This document shows, in pieces, positions 9,085-19,824 of a stretch of 64,000 nt of DNA (its first letter is position 1; the number at the start of each line of letters is the position of its first letter). The DNA is from an uncultured Bacilli bacterium (GTDB taxonomy: Bacteria > Bacillota_I > Bacilli_A > RFN20 > CAG-826). The stretch spans positions 418-64,417 of the forward strand of contig CALVSI010000005.1 in assembly GCA_944358985.1 (NCBI GenBank). The letters are read 5' to 3'. The notes below the pieces were generated by a model, which was given only the letters and a program-made list of their open reading frames with translations, was not told the DNA's origin and searched no databases. A program made the translations under genes and the position numbers.

Positions 9085-11199
9085 TTATTTATCTTTTGTC
9101 TCAACGTTTGAATTATCGACCTCTTGATTGTTAGATTCGGTTTTTGGTTGGACCTCTTCTTCAACAACATGGGCGTTACTATTTTCTGTATTGTTATCAA
9201 CAGAATTTGTAGTATTAGCTTTCTTTTTAGAAGGAAGTTTTCTTTCTTTTAATAAGATATCGATTTCTTCAGCAGTAATTGTTTCGTTTTCTAACAAAGT
9301 GTTTGCAATTAAAATGACATCATCTTTGTGTTCTAACAATATTTTTCTAGCATCCTCGTGCGCTGTTTCAATAATGTTACGAATTTGTTTATCTATTTCA
9401 AGAGCAACTTGACTAGAGAAATTCTTTTGGCTAGAAGTATAATCTCTACCTAAGAAAACACTTCCTGTATCTTTTTCATATTGGATAGGACCAAGAGATG
9501 ACATACCAAGTTCGCAAACCATCATACGAGCAATACGAGTTGCAACTTCGATATCATTTTGGGCACCAGTTGAAATATCATCAAAGAAAATTTCTTCACT
9601 TGTTCTTCCGCCTAAATACCCCACAATACGAGCCTCTAGCTCTTTTTTAGTTAATAAGAATCTATCATCTTCTGGCGTCATCAAAACATGACCACCAGTA
9701 TTTCCTCTTGGAATAATTGTAATTTTTTGAACTTTATCTGAGTGAGGTAAGAAAATACCAATTACAGCATGTCCTGCTTCATGATACGCCACAGTTTTTC
9801 TTTCTTGTTCAGACATTGAGCGTGAAGATTTAGCGGGACCAGAAATGCGTCTATCAATAGCTTCATCAATATCATCAATTGAAATTGCCGTTTCATTTCT
9901 TCTAACAGCTAAAATAGCAGCTTCATTTAAAACGTTTTCTAAATCAGCACCAGAAAATCCTGTTGTTCTTTTTGCAATAGCGTCGAAATCAACATTAGGT
10001 TCAATAACTTTGTTTCTAGCATGAACACGTAATATATCAGCACGACCTTGTCTATCAGGAAGAGAAACAGTAATTTTTCTATCAAAACGTCCTGCTCTTA
10101 ACAAAGCTGGATCTAAAACATCGTCTCTATTTGTCGCAGCTATAACAATAATTCCTGAGTTGTCAGAAAAACCATCCATTTCTACTAACAATTGATTCAA
10201 TGTTTGTTCTCTTTCATCGTTACCTCCACCTAAACCAGCACCTCTTTGTCTTCCAACAGCGTCAATTTCATCAATGAAAATTAAGCAAGGAGCGTTTTCT
10301 TTGGCAACTCTAAACATATCACGGACACGTCCAGCACCAACACCAACAAACATTTCAACAAAATCAGAACCAGAAATTGAATAAAATGGTACTCCCGCTT
10401 CTCCAGCGACAGCTTTTGCAAGCAAAGTTTTACCACAACCTGGAGGACCAACTAATAAAACACCTTTTGGGAGTTTAGCACCAAATTTTGAAAATTTCTT
10501 TGGTTCTTTTAAATAAGCGACAAGTTCTTGCATTTCTAATTTTTCTTCATCAGCACCAGCGACATCACTAAATCTAACTTTAGAAGCATTTTCTCTTCTA
10601 GCACGCGATCTATTGAATTCCAATGCTTTGTTATTTGAACTGCCAATACTTCGTGAAAATACCGAAAATAAGATAATGACAATAACTATTGAAACTACAC
10701 CTAAAATAATTGTTGGACCCCAACTATCCCAAAATGTGGTTACATATGGATCTGTAACACTATAATTACCAACATAGGTTGTTGTTAATTCTCTAAGATT
10801 TGCTTCTTTACCTTCTTCATCATATAAGTTAACGTAGTTTGCTTCTACATCTTCTTTTCCATCAGGTAAATATTTCCAATCTTGAGTAGTTGTTGACCAT
10901 TCATCCCAAGTAACAGTTAAAGTAAAATTATGCACTCTATTTGTGTTATTTGGATTATCAGGTTCGTAGTGTTTATATTGACCTTCGATGACGACTAGTG
11001 TTTCTTCCTTTGGAGTGACGGTTACTTCGGTAACTCTATCATTGCCAAGTGCGTTGATATATCCTTTTAGGGAAAGGTTTTCAACTGGCGAAGATGAAAA
11101 AAACATCCACCAAATAAGTAAACCTAGTATACCAATAACAACAATAAACGAGATTATGAATCCCCATGAACTTCTTTTTCTTTGTGGATTATCAGGCAT
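9085..11199 (-). CDS. ftsH: ATP-dependent zinc metalloprotease FtsH
   Basis: 704 aa. Two TM helices flank an extracytoplasmic domain of about 130 aa. AAA+ Walker A GPPGCGKT, Walker B IIFIDEID, SRH, and zinc motif HEAGHA. Confidence 0.97.
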   Translation of the reverse strand: MPDNPQRKRSSWGFIISFIVVIGILGLLIWWMFFSSSPVENLSLKGYINALGNDRVTEVTVTPKEETLVVIEGQYKHYEPDNPNNTNRVHNFTLTVTWDEWSTTTQDWKYLPDGKEDVEANYVNLYDEEGKEANLRELTTTYVGNYSVTDPYVTTFWDSWGPTIILGVVSIVIVIILFSVFSRSIGSSNNKALEFNRSRARRENASKVRFSDVAGADEEKLEMQELVAYLKEPKKFSKFGAKLPKGVLLVGPPGCGKTLLAKAVAGEAGVPFYSISGSDFVEMFVGVGAGRVRDMFRVAKENAPCLIFIDEIDAVGRQRGAGLGGGNDEREQTLNQLLVEMDGFSDNSGIIVIAATNRDDVLDPALLRAGRFDRKITVSLPDRQGRADILRVHARNKVIEPNVDFDAIAKRTTGFSGADLENVLNEAAILAVRRNETAISIDDIDEAIDRRISGPAKSSRSMSEQERKTVAYHEAGHAVIGIFLPHSDKVQKITIIPRGNTGGHVLMTPEDDRFLLTKKELEARIVGYLGGRTSEEIFFDDISTGAQNDIEVATRIARMMVCELGMSSLGPIQYEKDTGSVFLGRDYTSSQKNFSSQVALEIDKQIRNIIETAHEDARKILLEHKDDVILIANTLLENETITAEEIDILLKERKLPSKKKANTTNSVDNNTENSNAHVVEEEVQPKTESNNQEVDNSNVETKDK

Positions 11200-11348
11200 T
11201 AATAGTTCCTCCTTGACTTCATCGCAATGCGATGAGATTTATTATATAAAATAGAAAACTTATTTTAAAGTAATTTGCAAATAATTATGATTTTGCTACA
11301 TCTTACTACAAAATGTATCATTGAGTAAACAAAATAAATGTTTTAAGT

Positions 11349-12566
11349 TTATAACTTAACGTAAAAATTCAATTCTTCACTAATTTTAAAATCTTTTCTA
11401 TATCTAGGAATGTAGACGATTTTGTTGTCTTTATTAACTATCACTGGCCATTTTTTTCTAACAGTGATAGGCATTTTCCAATCGATAAATAATCTTCTAA
11501 CTTTAACTTTATAATTATTAATAATTATTTCATCATCATCAAAAGCATTCCTAATTAAAAGAGGATAATCACCAGCAGCAATATTTTTATCCTTTGTGTC
11601 GTTAGTAAAATCTAAATAAAAATATTGTGTCTCAAGTTTAGATGGTTTGTTTAATATGTAAGAAAAAGAAGTATTTTTTTCGTTGCTAATAAAATTAATC
11701 CAATCATATTCTTTGTTAAAAATTAAACCATCTTGTATTTTAAAATGAACATTGGGTTTACTACTTGTAATAATCTTTTTAAGTTCCACGGCTAACTTAT
11801 TAGAAATAGAAACACCAGGTTTAATGTTTCTTGCAAGAAGTATCATTGCTTTTTGAAATTCTTCATCATTCAATTTTAAAAGTTCGTTCTTAGAATTTAA
11901 ATCGATTGCTTTTAATTTTTTATTAATATCAAGAATGTGATTATTTAAATTTTTTATTTCCTCTAGTATGGCTTTTCTATCACGTTCATTTAATTTGCTT
12001 ACGATGTTGTGTCTAATTATGTTTCTAGAAAAATCATCTTTTAGATTCGAAGAATCAATCGCGTATGGCACATGGTTGTTTTGACAATAAGCAAGGAGTT
12101 CTTCCTTTGTATAATCAAGAAGAGGTCGAATAGTTAACATGTCAAATATAACTACTTCCCCAATAAGACCATAATTATCAACATAACCCCCTCTTTGCCT
12201 TTGCAAATAATAAGTTTCTATTACATCATCTTGTTGATGAGCAACAAGCAATGCATCAATTTTATTTTTAAAATATATTTCTTTAAAAAAGTTGTATCGA
12301 ATTTCTCTTGCCTTTGCTTCAAAATTTCCGCTAGATATTGGGGTTTTGCAGTGATATATTTCAATTTCAACATCGTTTTGAGCACATATATTATTTAAAG
12401 ATTCGGTTTCATATTGGCTTTCTATACGGGCATTATAATTAACGTGTGCAACCATAAATTTATATCCCTGGCTTTTCAACATATGAAACAAAGCCATAGA
12501 ATCAGGACCAAAAGAACACGCTAATAAATAGTATTTATTTTTATCTAGATCCAACAATTTAAACAT
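11349..12566 (-). CDS. tilS: tRNA(Ile)-lysidine synthase
   Basis: 405 aa. N-terminal PP-loop ATPase (LLACSFGPDSMAL, a variant of SGGxDS). Conserved position between yabO-like S4 gene and ftsH. No hprT lies between tilS and ftsH here. Confidence 0.88.
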   Translation of the reverse strand: MFKLLDLDKNKYYLLACSFGPDSMALFHMLKSQGYKFMVAHVNYNARIESQYETESLNNICAQNDVEIEIYHCKTPISSGNFEAKAREIRYNFFKEIYFKNKIDALLVAHQQDDVIETYYLQRQRGGYVDNYGLIGEVVIFDMLTIRPLLDYTKEELLAYCQNNHVPYAIDSSNLKDDFSRNIIRHNIVSKLNERDRKAILEEIKNLNNHILDINKKLKAIDLNSKNELLKLNDEEFQKAMILLARNIKPGVSISNKLAVELKKIITSSKPNVHFKIQDGLIFNKEYDWINFISNEKNTSFSYILNKPSKLETQYFYLDFTNDTKDKNIAAGDYPLLIRNAFDDDEIIINNYKVKVRRLFIDWKMPITVRKKWPVIVNKDNKIVYIPRYRKDFKISEELNFYVKL

Positions 12567-12804
12567 TTTTTGGCTCCTTGCTTATTAATTCATAAGAAGC
12601 ATTATTTTTATTATTACAATCAACTATACGAATCGTTAATATCATCAATGGTAATTCAAGTTTGACAATATCGTCTTTGTCAACTTGGCTTGATGCTTTG
12701 GCCAATTTGTTATTAATAAAACAGTTGTTATTTTTTATTAGTTCATTAGCAACAACTCTTCTTTTAATTATTCGACTACTTTTTAAAAACAAATCTAACC
12801 GCAT
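12559..12804 (-). CDS. S4-domain RNA-binding protein, YabO/RqcP (Hsp15-like)
   Basis: 81 aa. MRLDLFLKSSRIIKRR is an S4-type N-terminus. Same mfd...yabO...tilS context as Bacillus yabO. Overlaps the tilS start by 8 nt. Confidence 0.8.
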   Translation of the reverse strand: MRLDLFLKSSRIIKRRVVANELIKNNNCFINNKLAKASSQVDKDDIVKLELPLMILTIRIVDCNNKNNASYELISKEPKNV

Positions 12805-12811
12805 ATTTTTA

Positions 12812-15800
12812 TTATCTCACTATTCGTATTAAATCTTTTAAAATATTTTTTAAATTTTCTATCCATTGATTGTTCTTTTTTAATGTTATTTTTAATATTC
12901 CATTTAAATAATTAATTTTGCATAAATTTACATACGGCATTAATTTTTCAAACAATATATTCCCAATGCCTTTAATATCTAAATATTTCTTTCCTAAAAT
13001 TAATTCTATTTGGTATTGCATAATATTAATATTTTCAATTTGGCTTTCTTTTACTAAAATATCAATTTCTTGTTTTATAAACAAGAGTTGTACATTTTTT
13101 GGCATTGGACCATATATATCCCGTATGTTGCCTTTAACTTGAACAAGAGAATCTAAATCAGCACAATTTTGTATTTGCTGATAAAGTTCTATTTTGTCTC
13201 CCCCTTTTGCATAATTGTCATCGATATATGCATCTAAATTCAAATCTATTTCAATTTGTTTATTTGCATTTTTATCTTTAAATAAATCATCTGGCGATAT
13301 TCTTTTTTTAACAGCGTCATTTAATAATCTCATGTATAAATCCAGCCCAATAGAATCGATATAACCGGCTTGATTTGGCCCTAAAATATCACCCGCTCCA
13401 CGAATTAATAAATCACGTTGAGCAATTTTATATCCACTCCCCAGACTTGCAAATTCTTTTATTGCTTTTAAACGTTTCTTAGCATTGTCATTTAATTCTT
13501 TTTTGCCATTATAAAACAAATAAGCATAGGCAATTCTATCGCTTCTTCCTACGCGCCCTTTAATCTGATATAGTTGCGATAATCCATACATATCTGCATT
13601 TTCCACTATTATCATATTTGCATTGCTCACATCTATACCATTTTCAATAATAGAAGTGCAAACTAAAACATCAATTTCACCATTATAAAATTTTAACATT
13701 ACGTCTTCGATCTCGTTTTTACTCATTTGACCGTGTGCGGTTGCTATTCTTGCATTTGGTATTTGACTTTGTAGTTTAGTAGCAATACGATACAAAGATT
13801 CTATTCTATTGTAAAGATAAAAAACTTGACCGTTTCTTGATAATTCTCTTAATATTAATTCTTTTACAACATTTTCTTTATATGGTAAAACATAAGTTTG
13901 AACAGGCATTCTATTTTCGATTGGAGTATTTATTAAAGATAGACTACGCATTCCTAACAAGGAAATTTGTAATGTTCTTGGTATGGGAGTTGCACTTAAC
14001 GTTAATACATCAACATTATTTTTTAATTCTTTTATTTTTTCTTTTTGTTCCACACCAAATCTTTGTTCTTCATCAATTATTAAAAGACCAAGATTGTTAA
14101 AAACAATATCTTTTGATAATAAGCGATGTGTTCCTATAATTAGATGTATCGTTCCATCTCTAACACTTTTAATATATTCTTTTTGTTTAGAAATAGGTAC
14201 TAAACGCGAAAATATTGCTATTTTTACATCGTATTTAGTAAACCTTTCTTTTGCTAATTGGTAGTGTTGTCTGGCTAATATTGTCGTCGGACACAAAATT
14301 GCAACTTGCTTTCCGCTTAAAATAGCTTTAAAGGCTGCTCGAAAAGCAATTTCGGTTTTTCCAAACCCAACATCACCACATAATAATCTATCCATCGGAA
14401 TTGGTGATTCCATATCTTTTTTTATTTCTTCTAGGGAAGTTTCTTGATCTTTTGTCAGCGAATATGGAAAATCGTTTTCAAACGCTAATTGAATCTCGTC
14501 ATCATTTTGAAAAGAAAACCCATCAACTTTTGAACGTTCTTCATATAAATTAAATAAACGATTCGCTAAATCATTAATTTTTTCTTGAATTTTTTGTTTT
14601 GTTTTTTCCCAATCTTTGCTTTTTAAACGTGTTAGTTTTGGCTTTACACCTTCGCGAGCCATATATTTTCTTATTAATTGGAATTGTGAAAGTGGGACAT
14701 ATAAATATTCATCGTTAGCGTACAATAATTTTAGATAATCCTTGTGAACTCCATCTACTTCTAAAGTATTAATTTCTAGAAATTGTCCAATCCCTTGGTA
14801 TTCATGAACAACATAATCTCCAGGTTCTAATTCTTCATAACTTTTTAATATTGTTCCTTCCTTGAATTTTGACGAATATCGATAACTATGTATTTTTCCT
14901 TTGAATAATTCTTTGTCGGTTAAAATTACTATTTTTTCTTCTTCAAATATTAAACCATATGGTAAATTTTTAACATTTATTGATATGTGATTTTTACTAG
15001 GAATAGTCCAATCAACATATTTATCATAATTTAGACTATTGCTTTCCAATATTTTTTCAACCGAATTAATTTTATCTAAACTATTTAAACAAATCATGAC
15101 GTCGTATTCTCTATTTAGATATGTTTTTATGATGTCGATAATTTCACTTTCGCTTTTTGCTAAAAGCTGAACGATGGTGGTTTTAAACATGTTATTATCA
15201 AAGTTATCGATAGCTTCGCATAAACCAATGTATTTATATTTAGTAAACGCATCTTTAATATCTAAATAAAAATCGATTTTATCTATCACGCTATGCTGTG
15301 CTAATAATTCTTTTTTAAATTCTCCTGCTTCAAAATTAAGTAAAGAATTTTCACCAAAAACAGCTTCTTCATCAATTAAAACTATTTGATAGTCTTTACA
15401 ATATTCGAAAATATTAAAAATATTCTTCTTGAAAAATTTAAAATATTTGTAAACATCATAATCGTTTTCAAACATTAATAACTTATTTTTTAATATTTCT
15501 ATGTTGTTTTCTAAAATTTCAAAATTAGAAGAAGAAAGTGCTTTTTTATATTTTTCTAATTCGATATTCAATTTGTTAATGCAATCATTAATTTCTTCAT
15601 TTGTAAATAACATTTCACTCGCTGGTAATATGATGACACTTTCAATATTTGTGGTTGATACCTGTGTGGAAATTTCAAAATATCTAATTGATTCAATTTC
15701 ATCATCAAACAATTCTATTCTGACTGGTTTTTCTAAATTTAGTGAAAATATATCGATAATATCTCCTCTAATCGCAAATTGAAGAGATTGATCAATTTTA

Positions 15801-16282
15801 TTGACGAGATGATAGCCAGCTCGAATTAATTTTAAACGAATATCTTTGATGTTAATCTTATCACCAATTTGAAATTTAAAAATGTTTTGTTTAAATTCTT
15901 CTGGGGAAGGTAAATATCGAATACATCCCGCTAGATTAGCGACTACTATATCAGCATCATTATTACAAATTTGGAATAACGTATATACACGTTGAGAAGA
16001 TAATTCATAATTTTGCGTTAAATTTTCAACTCTTATTAATTCATCAGCAGGAAACAATGAAACATTTTTATCACCAACAAAATCTAACAAAGATGAATAC
16101 AAAAGTTGTGCCTTATACAAATTAGGACATATTAATAAATACTTTTGTTTTTTTGTTAAATAAGATGAAGAAACAATAAAAGCTGATGATAAAATATCAT
16201 CTACGATAAATTTACCATCAGAGGCATTTGTAAACTTATTTACTAAAAAATTCTTCTCTAATTTTTTAAATATGTTCGCCAT
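12812..16282 (-). CDS. mfd: transcription-repair coupling factor Mfd
   Basis: 1156 aa. UvrB-homology N-terminal region, CarD/RNAP-interaction domain (DYVVHEYQGIG), SF2 helicase motifs (GDVGFGKTE, DEEQRFG) and a TRG region. pth-mfd order is conserved. Confidence 0.96.
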   Translation of the reverse strand: MANIFKKLEKNFLVNKFTNASDGKFIVDDILSSAFIVSSSYLTKKQKYLLICPNLYKAQLLYSSLLDFVGDKNVSLFPADELIRVENLTQNYELSSQRVYTLFQICNNDADIVVANLAGCIRYLPSPEEFKQNIFKFQIGDKINIKDIRLKLIRAGYHLVNKIDQSLQFAIRGDIIDIFSLNLEKPVRIELFDDEIESIRYFEISTQVSTTNIESVIILPASEMLFTNEEINDCINKLNIELEKYKKALSSSNFEILENNIEILKNKLLMFENDYDVYKYFKFFKKNIFNIFEYCKDYQIVLIDEEAVFGENSLLNFEAGEFKKELLAQHSVIDKIDFYLDIKDAFTKYKYIGLCEAIDNFDNNMFKTTIVQLLAKSESEIIDIIKTYLNREYDVMICLNSLDKINSVEKILESNSLNYDKYVDWTIPSKNHISINVKNLPYGLIFEEEKIVILTDKELFKGKIHSYRYSSKFKEGTILKSYEELEPGDYVVHEYQGIGQFLEINTLEVDGVHKDYLKLLYANDEYLYVPLSQFQLIRKYMAREGVKPKLTRLKSKDWEKTKQKIQEKINDLANRLFNLYEERSKVDGFSFQNDDEIQLAFENDFPYSLTKDQETSLEEIKKDMESPIPMDRLLCGDVGFGKTEIAFRAAFKAILSGKQVAILCPTTILARQHYQLAKERFTKYDVKIAIFSRLVPISKQKEYIKSVRDGTIHLIIGTHRLLSKDIVFNNLGLLIIDEEQRFGVEQKEKIKELKNNVDVLTLSATPIPRTLQISLLGMRSLSLINTPIENRMPVQTYVLPYKENVVKELILRELSRNGQVFYLYNRIESLYRIATKLQSQIPNARIATAHGQMSKNEIEDVMLKFYNGEIDVLVCTSIIENGIDVSNANMIIVENADMYGLSQLYQIKGRVGRSDRIAYAYLFYNGKKELNDNAKKRLKAIKEFASLGSGYKIAQRDLLIRGAGDILGPNQAGYIDSIGLDLYMRLLNDAVKKRISPDDLFKDKNANKQIEIDLNLDAYIDDNYAKGGDKIELYQQIQNCADLDSLVQVKGNIRDIYGPMPKNVQLLFIKQEIDILVKESQIENINIMQYQIELILGKKYLDIKGIGNILFEKLMPYVNLCKINYLNGILKITLKKNNQWIENLKNILKDLIRIVR

Positions 16283-16829
16283 TGTATAAAGACATTGCCT
16301 TTTTAAAATTAGATTTTAATATTTCTTTTAAAGCATCCACTGCGATTTGGATCGCTTTATCTATCAATTCTTTTTCTTCGTCTACTGGTTTAGATAAAAC
16401 ATGATCAATGGCGTCATATTTTGGTTCGCCTATTCCAATTCTTATTCTTTTTATGTGTTCACTTTTAAGATGATCAATTATATTTTGCATGCCTTTTTGT
16501 CCGCCGCTAGAACCAGTTTCTCTTAATCTTATAGTGCCAGGCATAAGAGCCATATCATCATAAATAACAATAATATCTTCTAAATCAATTTTAAAATAAT
16601 TGGCAATTAAACTCACCGCTTCGCCAGATAAATTCATATATGTTGTTGGCTTAAATAGAAGTATGTCTTGCCCAAATACTGTTCCTCTTCCTAGTAAACC
16701 CTTAAAAACTTCTTTATCAACATCAATTCTTGCAATATCAGAAAAAGCGTCAACAACCATAAAACCCATGTTGTGTCGTGTGTTTTCGTATTTTTTCCCA
16801 GGATTGCCTAAACCTACAATTAATTTCAT
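16266..16829 (-). CDS. pth: peptidyl-tRNA hydrolase
   Basis: 187 aa. MKLIVGLGNPGKKYENTRHNMGF is the canonical Pth N-terminus with the catalytic His. Confidence 0.96.
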   Translation of the reverse strand: MKLIVGLGNPGKKYENTRHNMGFMVVDAFSDIARIDVDKEVFKGLLGRGTVFGQDILLFKPTTYMNLSGEAVSLIANYFKIDLEDIIVIYDDMALMPGTIRLRETGSSGGQKGMQNIIDHLKSEHIKRIRIGIGEPKYDAIDHVLSKPVDEEKELIDKAIQIAVDALKEILKSNFKKAMSLYNGEHI

Positions 16830-16838
16830 ACAGAAGAA

Positions 16839-16847
16839 ATTATAACA
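16839..16847 (-). promoter_or_regulatory. extended -10 promoter (TGTTATAAT) of pth-mfd
   Basis: The minus strand reads TGTTATAAT-ttcttctgt-ATG. There are only 9 nt between the hexamer and the pth ATG, and no SD. Confidence 0.6.
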
Positions 16848-16930
16848 TTAAAAATTTATATTTTAATATAAACATTGTTTTTTCTTGTTAATTATTTGTA
16901 TTTTTTTATAATATTTTCGGGAGAAATAAT

Positions 16931-18205
16931 ATGGAAATAAAATATTGGTTAAATCAAGCTACTAACTATCAAATTTTTGTAAGAAATTATTCTAACGAAG
17001 GAACATTTAAAAAAGTAACAGAAGATTTAAATCGCATAAAAGATTTAGGAGTGGACATCATTCAATTAACACCAATCCATCCGATAGGTATCAAAGGAAG
17101 AAAAGGAACATTTGGTTCGCCATACGCTGTAAAAGACTATTATGCAATAAGCGAAGATTTAGGAACATTAGAAGATTTAAGACAACTTTTTGATAGTGCT
17201 CATAAATTAAATATGAAAGTTATTTTAGATATGGTATTTAATCATACCGCGATTGATTCAATTTTGTATAAAACACATCCAGAATATTTCTTTTATATCA
17301 ACAACAAACCCGCTAATAAGCTTGGCGATTGGGCGGATGTAATTGATTTAAGAATGGATTTAAAAGAAGTTCAAGATTATTTTATCGATGTTTTAAATTA
17401 TTGGTTAAAACAAGGAGCAGATGGTTTTAGATTTGATGTAGCAAGTTTAATACCTATTTCGTTTTTTAAGCGAGCCAGAGAAAAACTTGGTGAAAAGCCA
17501 ATATTTTTTGCAGAATCAATACATAAAGAATTTACAGAATATGTTTTAACTACAAATTATTATGTGACTTTAGATAAAGATTTATATCCTACTTTTGATA
17601 CATCTTATAACTATAATACTTATACTGCACTATTTGATTTTTTAGAAGGGAAATCTAGCACAATAATCCCATATATAAAGCAACTACAAGAACAAGAAAA
17701 AACTTTTCCAAAATATTACAACAAGTCAACCACATTAGAAAATCACGATCGTGAGCGCATTGCTAATATTTGCAAAAATGATTTGACATTAAAAAACATT
17801 GTCGCGTTTTCATTTATAAATAAAGGCATGGCTTTTGTTTATGCTGGAGAGGAATATAAATTAACTCATCTGCCAGAATTATTTGAAAAAGATGTCGTGT
17901 CTTTTCAATTAAAAGACAAAGAATATTACGATTATATTAAGAAATTAATATATTTAAAGAAACAACCCGCCTTCCTAAAATATATTGATTTTAAATATAA
18001 CGATGGCGATGATACCACTATCGATTTGTCATTTTTAGATGTTGATGGTAAACAATTACATGGTTTATTCAATTTGAGTGGAAAAGATCATCTTTACACC
18101 ATCAAAAACGGAAAATATTTAGATTTAATTTCTAATGAAATTATTGAGATTAAAACCAACGAAATAAAATTAACAATGCCAGTATTATTAAAATCGTTAG
18201 ATTAA
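16931..18205 (+). CDS. cytoplasmic GH13 alpha-amylase-family glycoside hydrolase
   Basis: 424 aa with no signal peptide. GH13 regions I-IV are present: DMVFNH, GFRFDVA (nucleophile Asp), FFAES (acid/base Glu), LENHD. Confidence 0.85.
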   Translation: MEIKYWLNQATNYQIFVRNYSNEGTFKKVTEDLNRIKDLGVDIIQLTPIHPIGIKGRKGTFGSPYAVKDYYAISEDLGTLEDLRQLFDSAHKLNMKVILDMVFNHTAIDSILYKTHPEYFFYINNKPANKLGDWADVIDLRMDLKEVQDYFIDVLNYWLKQGADGFRFDVASLIPISFFKRAREKLGEKPIFFAESIHKEFTEYVLTTNYYVTLDKDLYPTFDTSYNYNTYTALFDFLEGKSSTIIPYIKQLQEQEKTFPKYYNKSTTLENHDRERIANICKNDLTLKNIVAFSFINKGMAFVYAGEEYKLTHLPELFEKDVVSFQLKDKEYYDYIKKLIYLKKQPAFLKYIDFKYNDGDDTTIDLSFLDVDGKQLHGLFNLSGKDHLYTIKNGKYLDLISNEIIEIKTNEIKLTMPVLLKSLD

Positions 18206-18209
18206 TATT

Positions 18210-18593
18210 TTATTTTAACAAACTTGAATTTATGACATAGTCAGCGGTGGCTTTGTTTGTTGCAATAGGAATATCATAAACAACCGCTATTCTAAGCAAG
18301 GCTTTAACATCAGGATCATGAGGTTGTGATTCTAACGGATCCCAAAAGAAAATAACAATATCGATTTGTCCTTCGGCAATATGGGCACCTATTTGTTGAT
18401 CCCCACCTAATGGACCAGAAAGATATGCTTTTACTTTCAAACCGGTCGCTCTACTTATCAAAGATGCAGTATGACCGGTTCCACACAAATCAAATTTTTC
18501 TAAAATGTTTTTGTTTTTCAATGCCCAAACAACTATTTCTTCTTTTTTGTGATCGTGAGCAATTAACGCTATTGTTTTTCTTGTTTTTTCCAT
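18210..18593 (-). CDS. mgsA: methylglyoxal synthase
   Basis: 127 aa. [27 protein letters not shown] and FFWDPL motifs are typical MgsA over full length. Confidence 0.93.
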   Translation of the reverse strand: MEKTRKTIALIAHDHKKEEIVVWALKNKNILEKFDLCGTGHTASLISRATGLKVKAYLSGPLGGDQQIGAHIAEGQIDIVIFFWDPLESQPHDPDVKALLRIAVVYDIPIATNKATADYVINSSLLK

Positions 18594-18601
18594 ACTTTAT
18601 T

Positions 18602-18610
18602 ATTTTAACA
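18602..18610 (-). promoter_or_regulatory. extended -10 promoter (TGTTAAAAT) of mgsA
   Basis: The minus strand reads TGTTAAAAT-aataaagt-ATG. Spacer is 8 nt and there is no SD. Confidence 0.5.
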
Positions 18611-18658
18611 AATTTCAGCGTTACAATGTTATAATGAAATGCATTAGAGGTAAAGAAT

Positions 18659-19177
18659 ATGAGATTATTATTAGTAGTGGATTATCAAAATGATTTTGTT
18701 GATGGAACATTGGGATTTGTAGATTCTCAAAAAATTTATCAAAACTTAAAAAATTTAATCAAAGAATTTATTGATACCAAGGATGAGATCATTTTTACTT
18801 TGGATACTCATGATATCAATTATTTTGACACAAATGAAGGCAAACACCTACCAATAAAACATTGTCTAAAAAACACTGATGGTCATAGGCTCTACAAGGA
18901 TATAGAAAAATTAGCAGCACCTTATTTAAAAATCGAAAAGAAAACATTTGGAAGCAAGGAACTATTTGAAGTTTTAAAAAACAAAGAATATGAATCTATT
19001 TATGTTGTAGGAGTTGTTACTAATATTTGTGTTATCTCAAACACCATAATTTTAAAATCAATTTTTCCTAACACTAATATATACGTTAAAAAAAGTTGTT
19101 GTGCATCTAATGATAAAAAACTAGAAGAAGAAACTTACGATATATTAAAAAATCTTCATATAGAAGTAGTTGATTAA
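18659..19177 (+). CDS. isochorismatase-family cysteine hydrolase (nicotinamidase PncA-like)
   Basis: 172 aa. LLVVDYQNDF (catalytic Asp region) and VVGVVTNICV (catalytic Cys). SD AGAGGT upstream. Confidence 0.8.
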   Translation: MRLLLVVDYQNDFVDGTLGFVDSQKIYQNLKNLIKEFIDTKDEIIFTLDTHDINYFDTNEGKHLPIKHCLKNTDGHRLYKDIEKLAAPYLKIEKKTFGSKELFEVLKNKEYESIYVVGVVTNICVISNTIILKSIFPNTNIYVKKSCCASNDKKLEEETYDILKNLHIEVVD

Positions 19178-19786
19178 TTATACCTTTTTAGAAAAAATAT
19201 AATATATCGTCATAAAAAATATTTTAAAATCTGTTATAAATGACATTTTTTTAACGTATTCACTATCAAATTTGGCTTTTAATTCATAATCGTGACTACG
19301 ATATCCTTTTACTATGCTATAAGACGTAATGCCAGGTAAAACATCATAAGCATTCGGAGTATATGACAAACGAATTTCTTTTAACGCTTCTTCGTTTCTT
19401 ATTAAACTTGGCCTTGGTCCAATAAAGGACATATCCCCTTTTAAAACATTAAACATATTTGGCAATTCATCTATCGAGGTTTTTCTTAAAAATTCACCAA
19501 ATTTATAAGTCATAGCAATTTCATCTTCGTAATCTAGATTAAATTGAGATACTTCTGGAGCGTCAACTTTCATCGTTCTAAATTTAATAATTTTAAATAT
19601 TTTTAAATTTTTACCATATCTTTTTTGAATAAAAAATACAGGACCTTTCGAAACACATTTAATAATAATGGCCACTACTACCATCAAGGGAGAGCATAAA
19701 ATAATTCCAAAAATAGATCCGATAATATCAAATATTCTTTTAAAAACCAAATAGACCTTTTGCCTTTTTGTAAAAGTGTATTTCAT
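19178..19786 (-). CDS. small monotopic phosphoglycosyl transferase (bacterial sugar transferase, CapM/PglC-like)
   Basis: 202 aa. One N-terminal re-entrant helix, then KRIFD, GPVFFIQKRYG, KFRTM, DELP and GPRP motifs of the WbaP-C/PglC family. Confidence 0.88.
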   Translation of the reverse strand: MKYTFTKRQKVYLVFKRIFDIIGSIFGIILCSPLMVVVAIIIKCVSKGPVFFIQKRYGKNLKIFKIIKFRTMKVDAPEVSQFNLDYEDEIAMTYKFGEFLRKTSIDELPNMFNVLKGDMSFIGPRPSLIRNEEALKEIRLSYTPNAYDVLPGITSYSIVKGYRSHDYELKAKFDSEYVKKMSFITDFKIFFMTIYYIFSKKV

Positions 19787-19824
19787 ACGTAAATAATTTT
19801 AAAAAATCAACAACACAAAAACAA

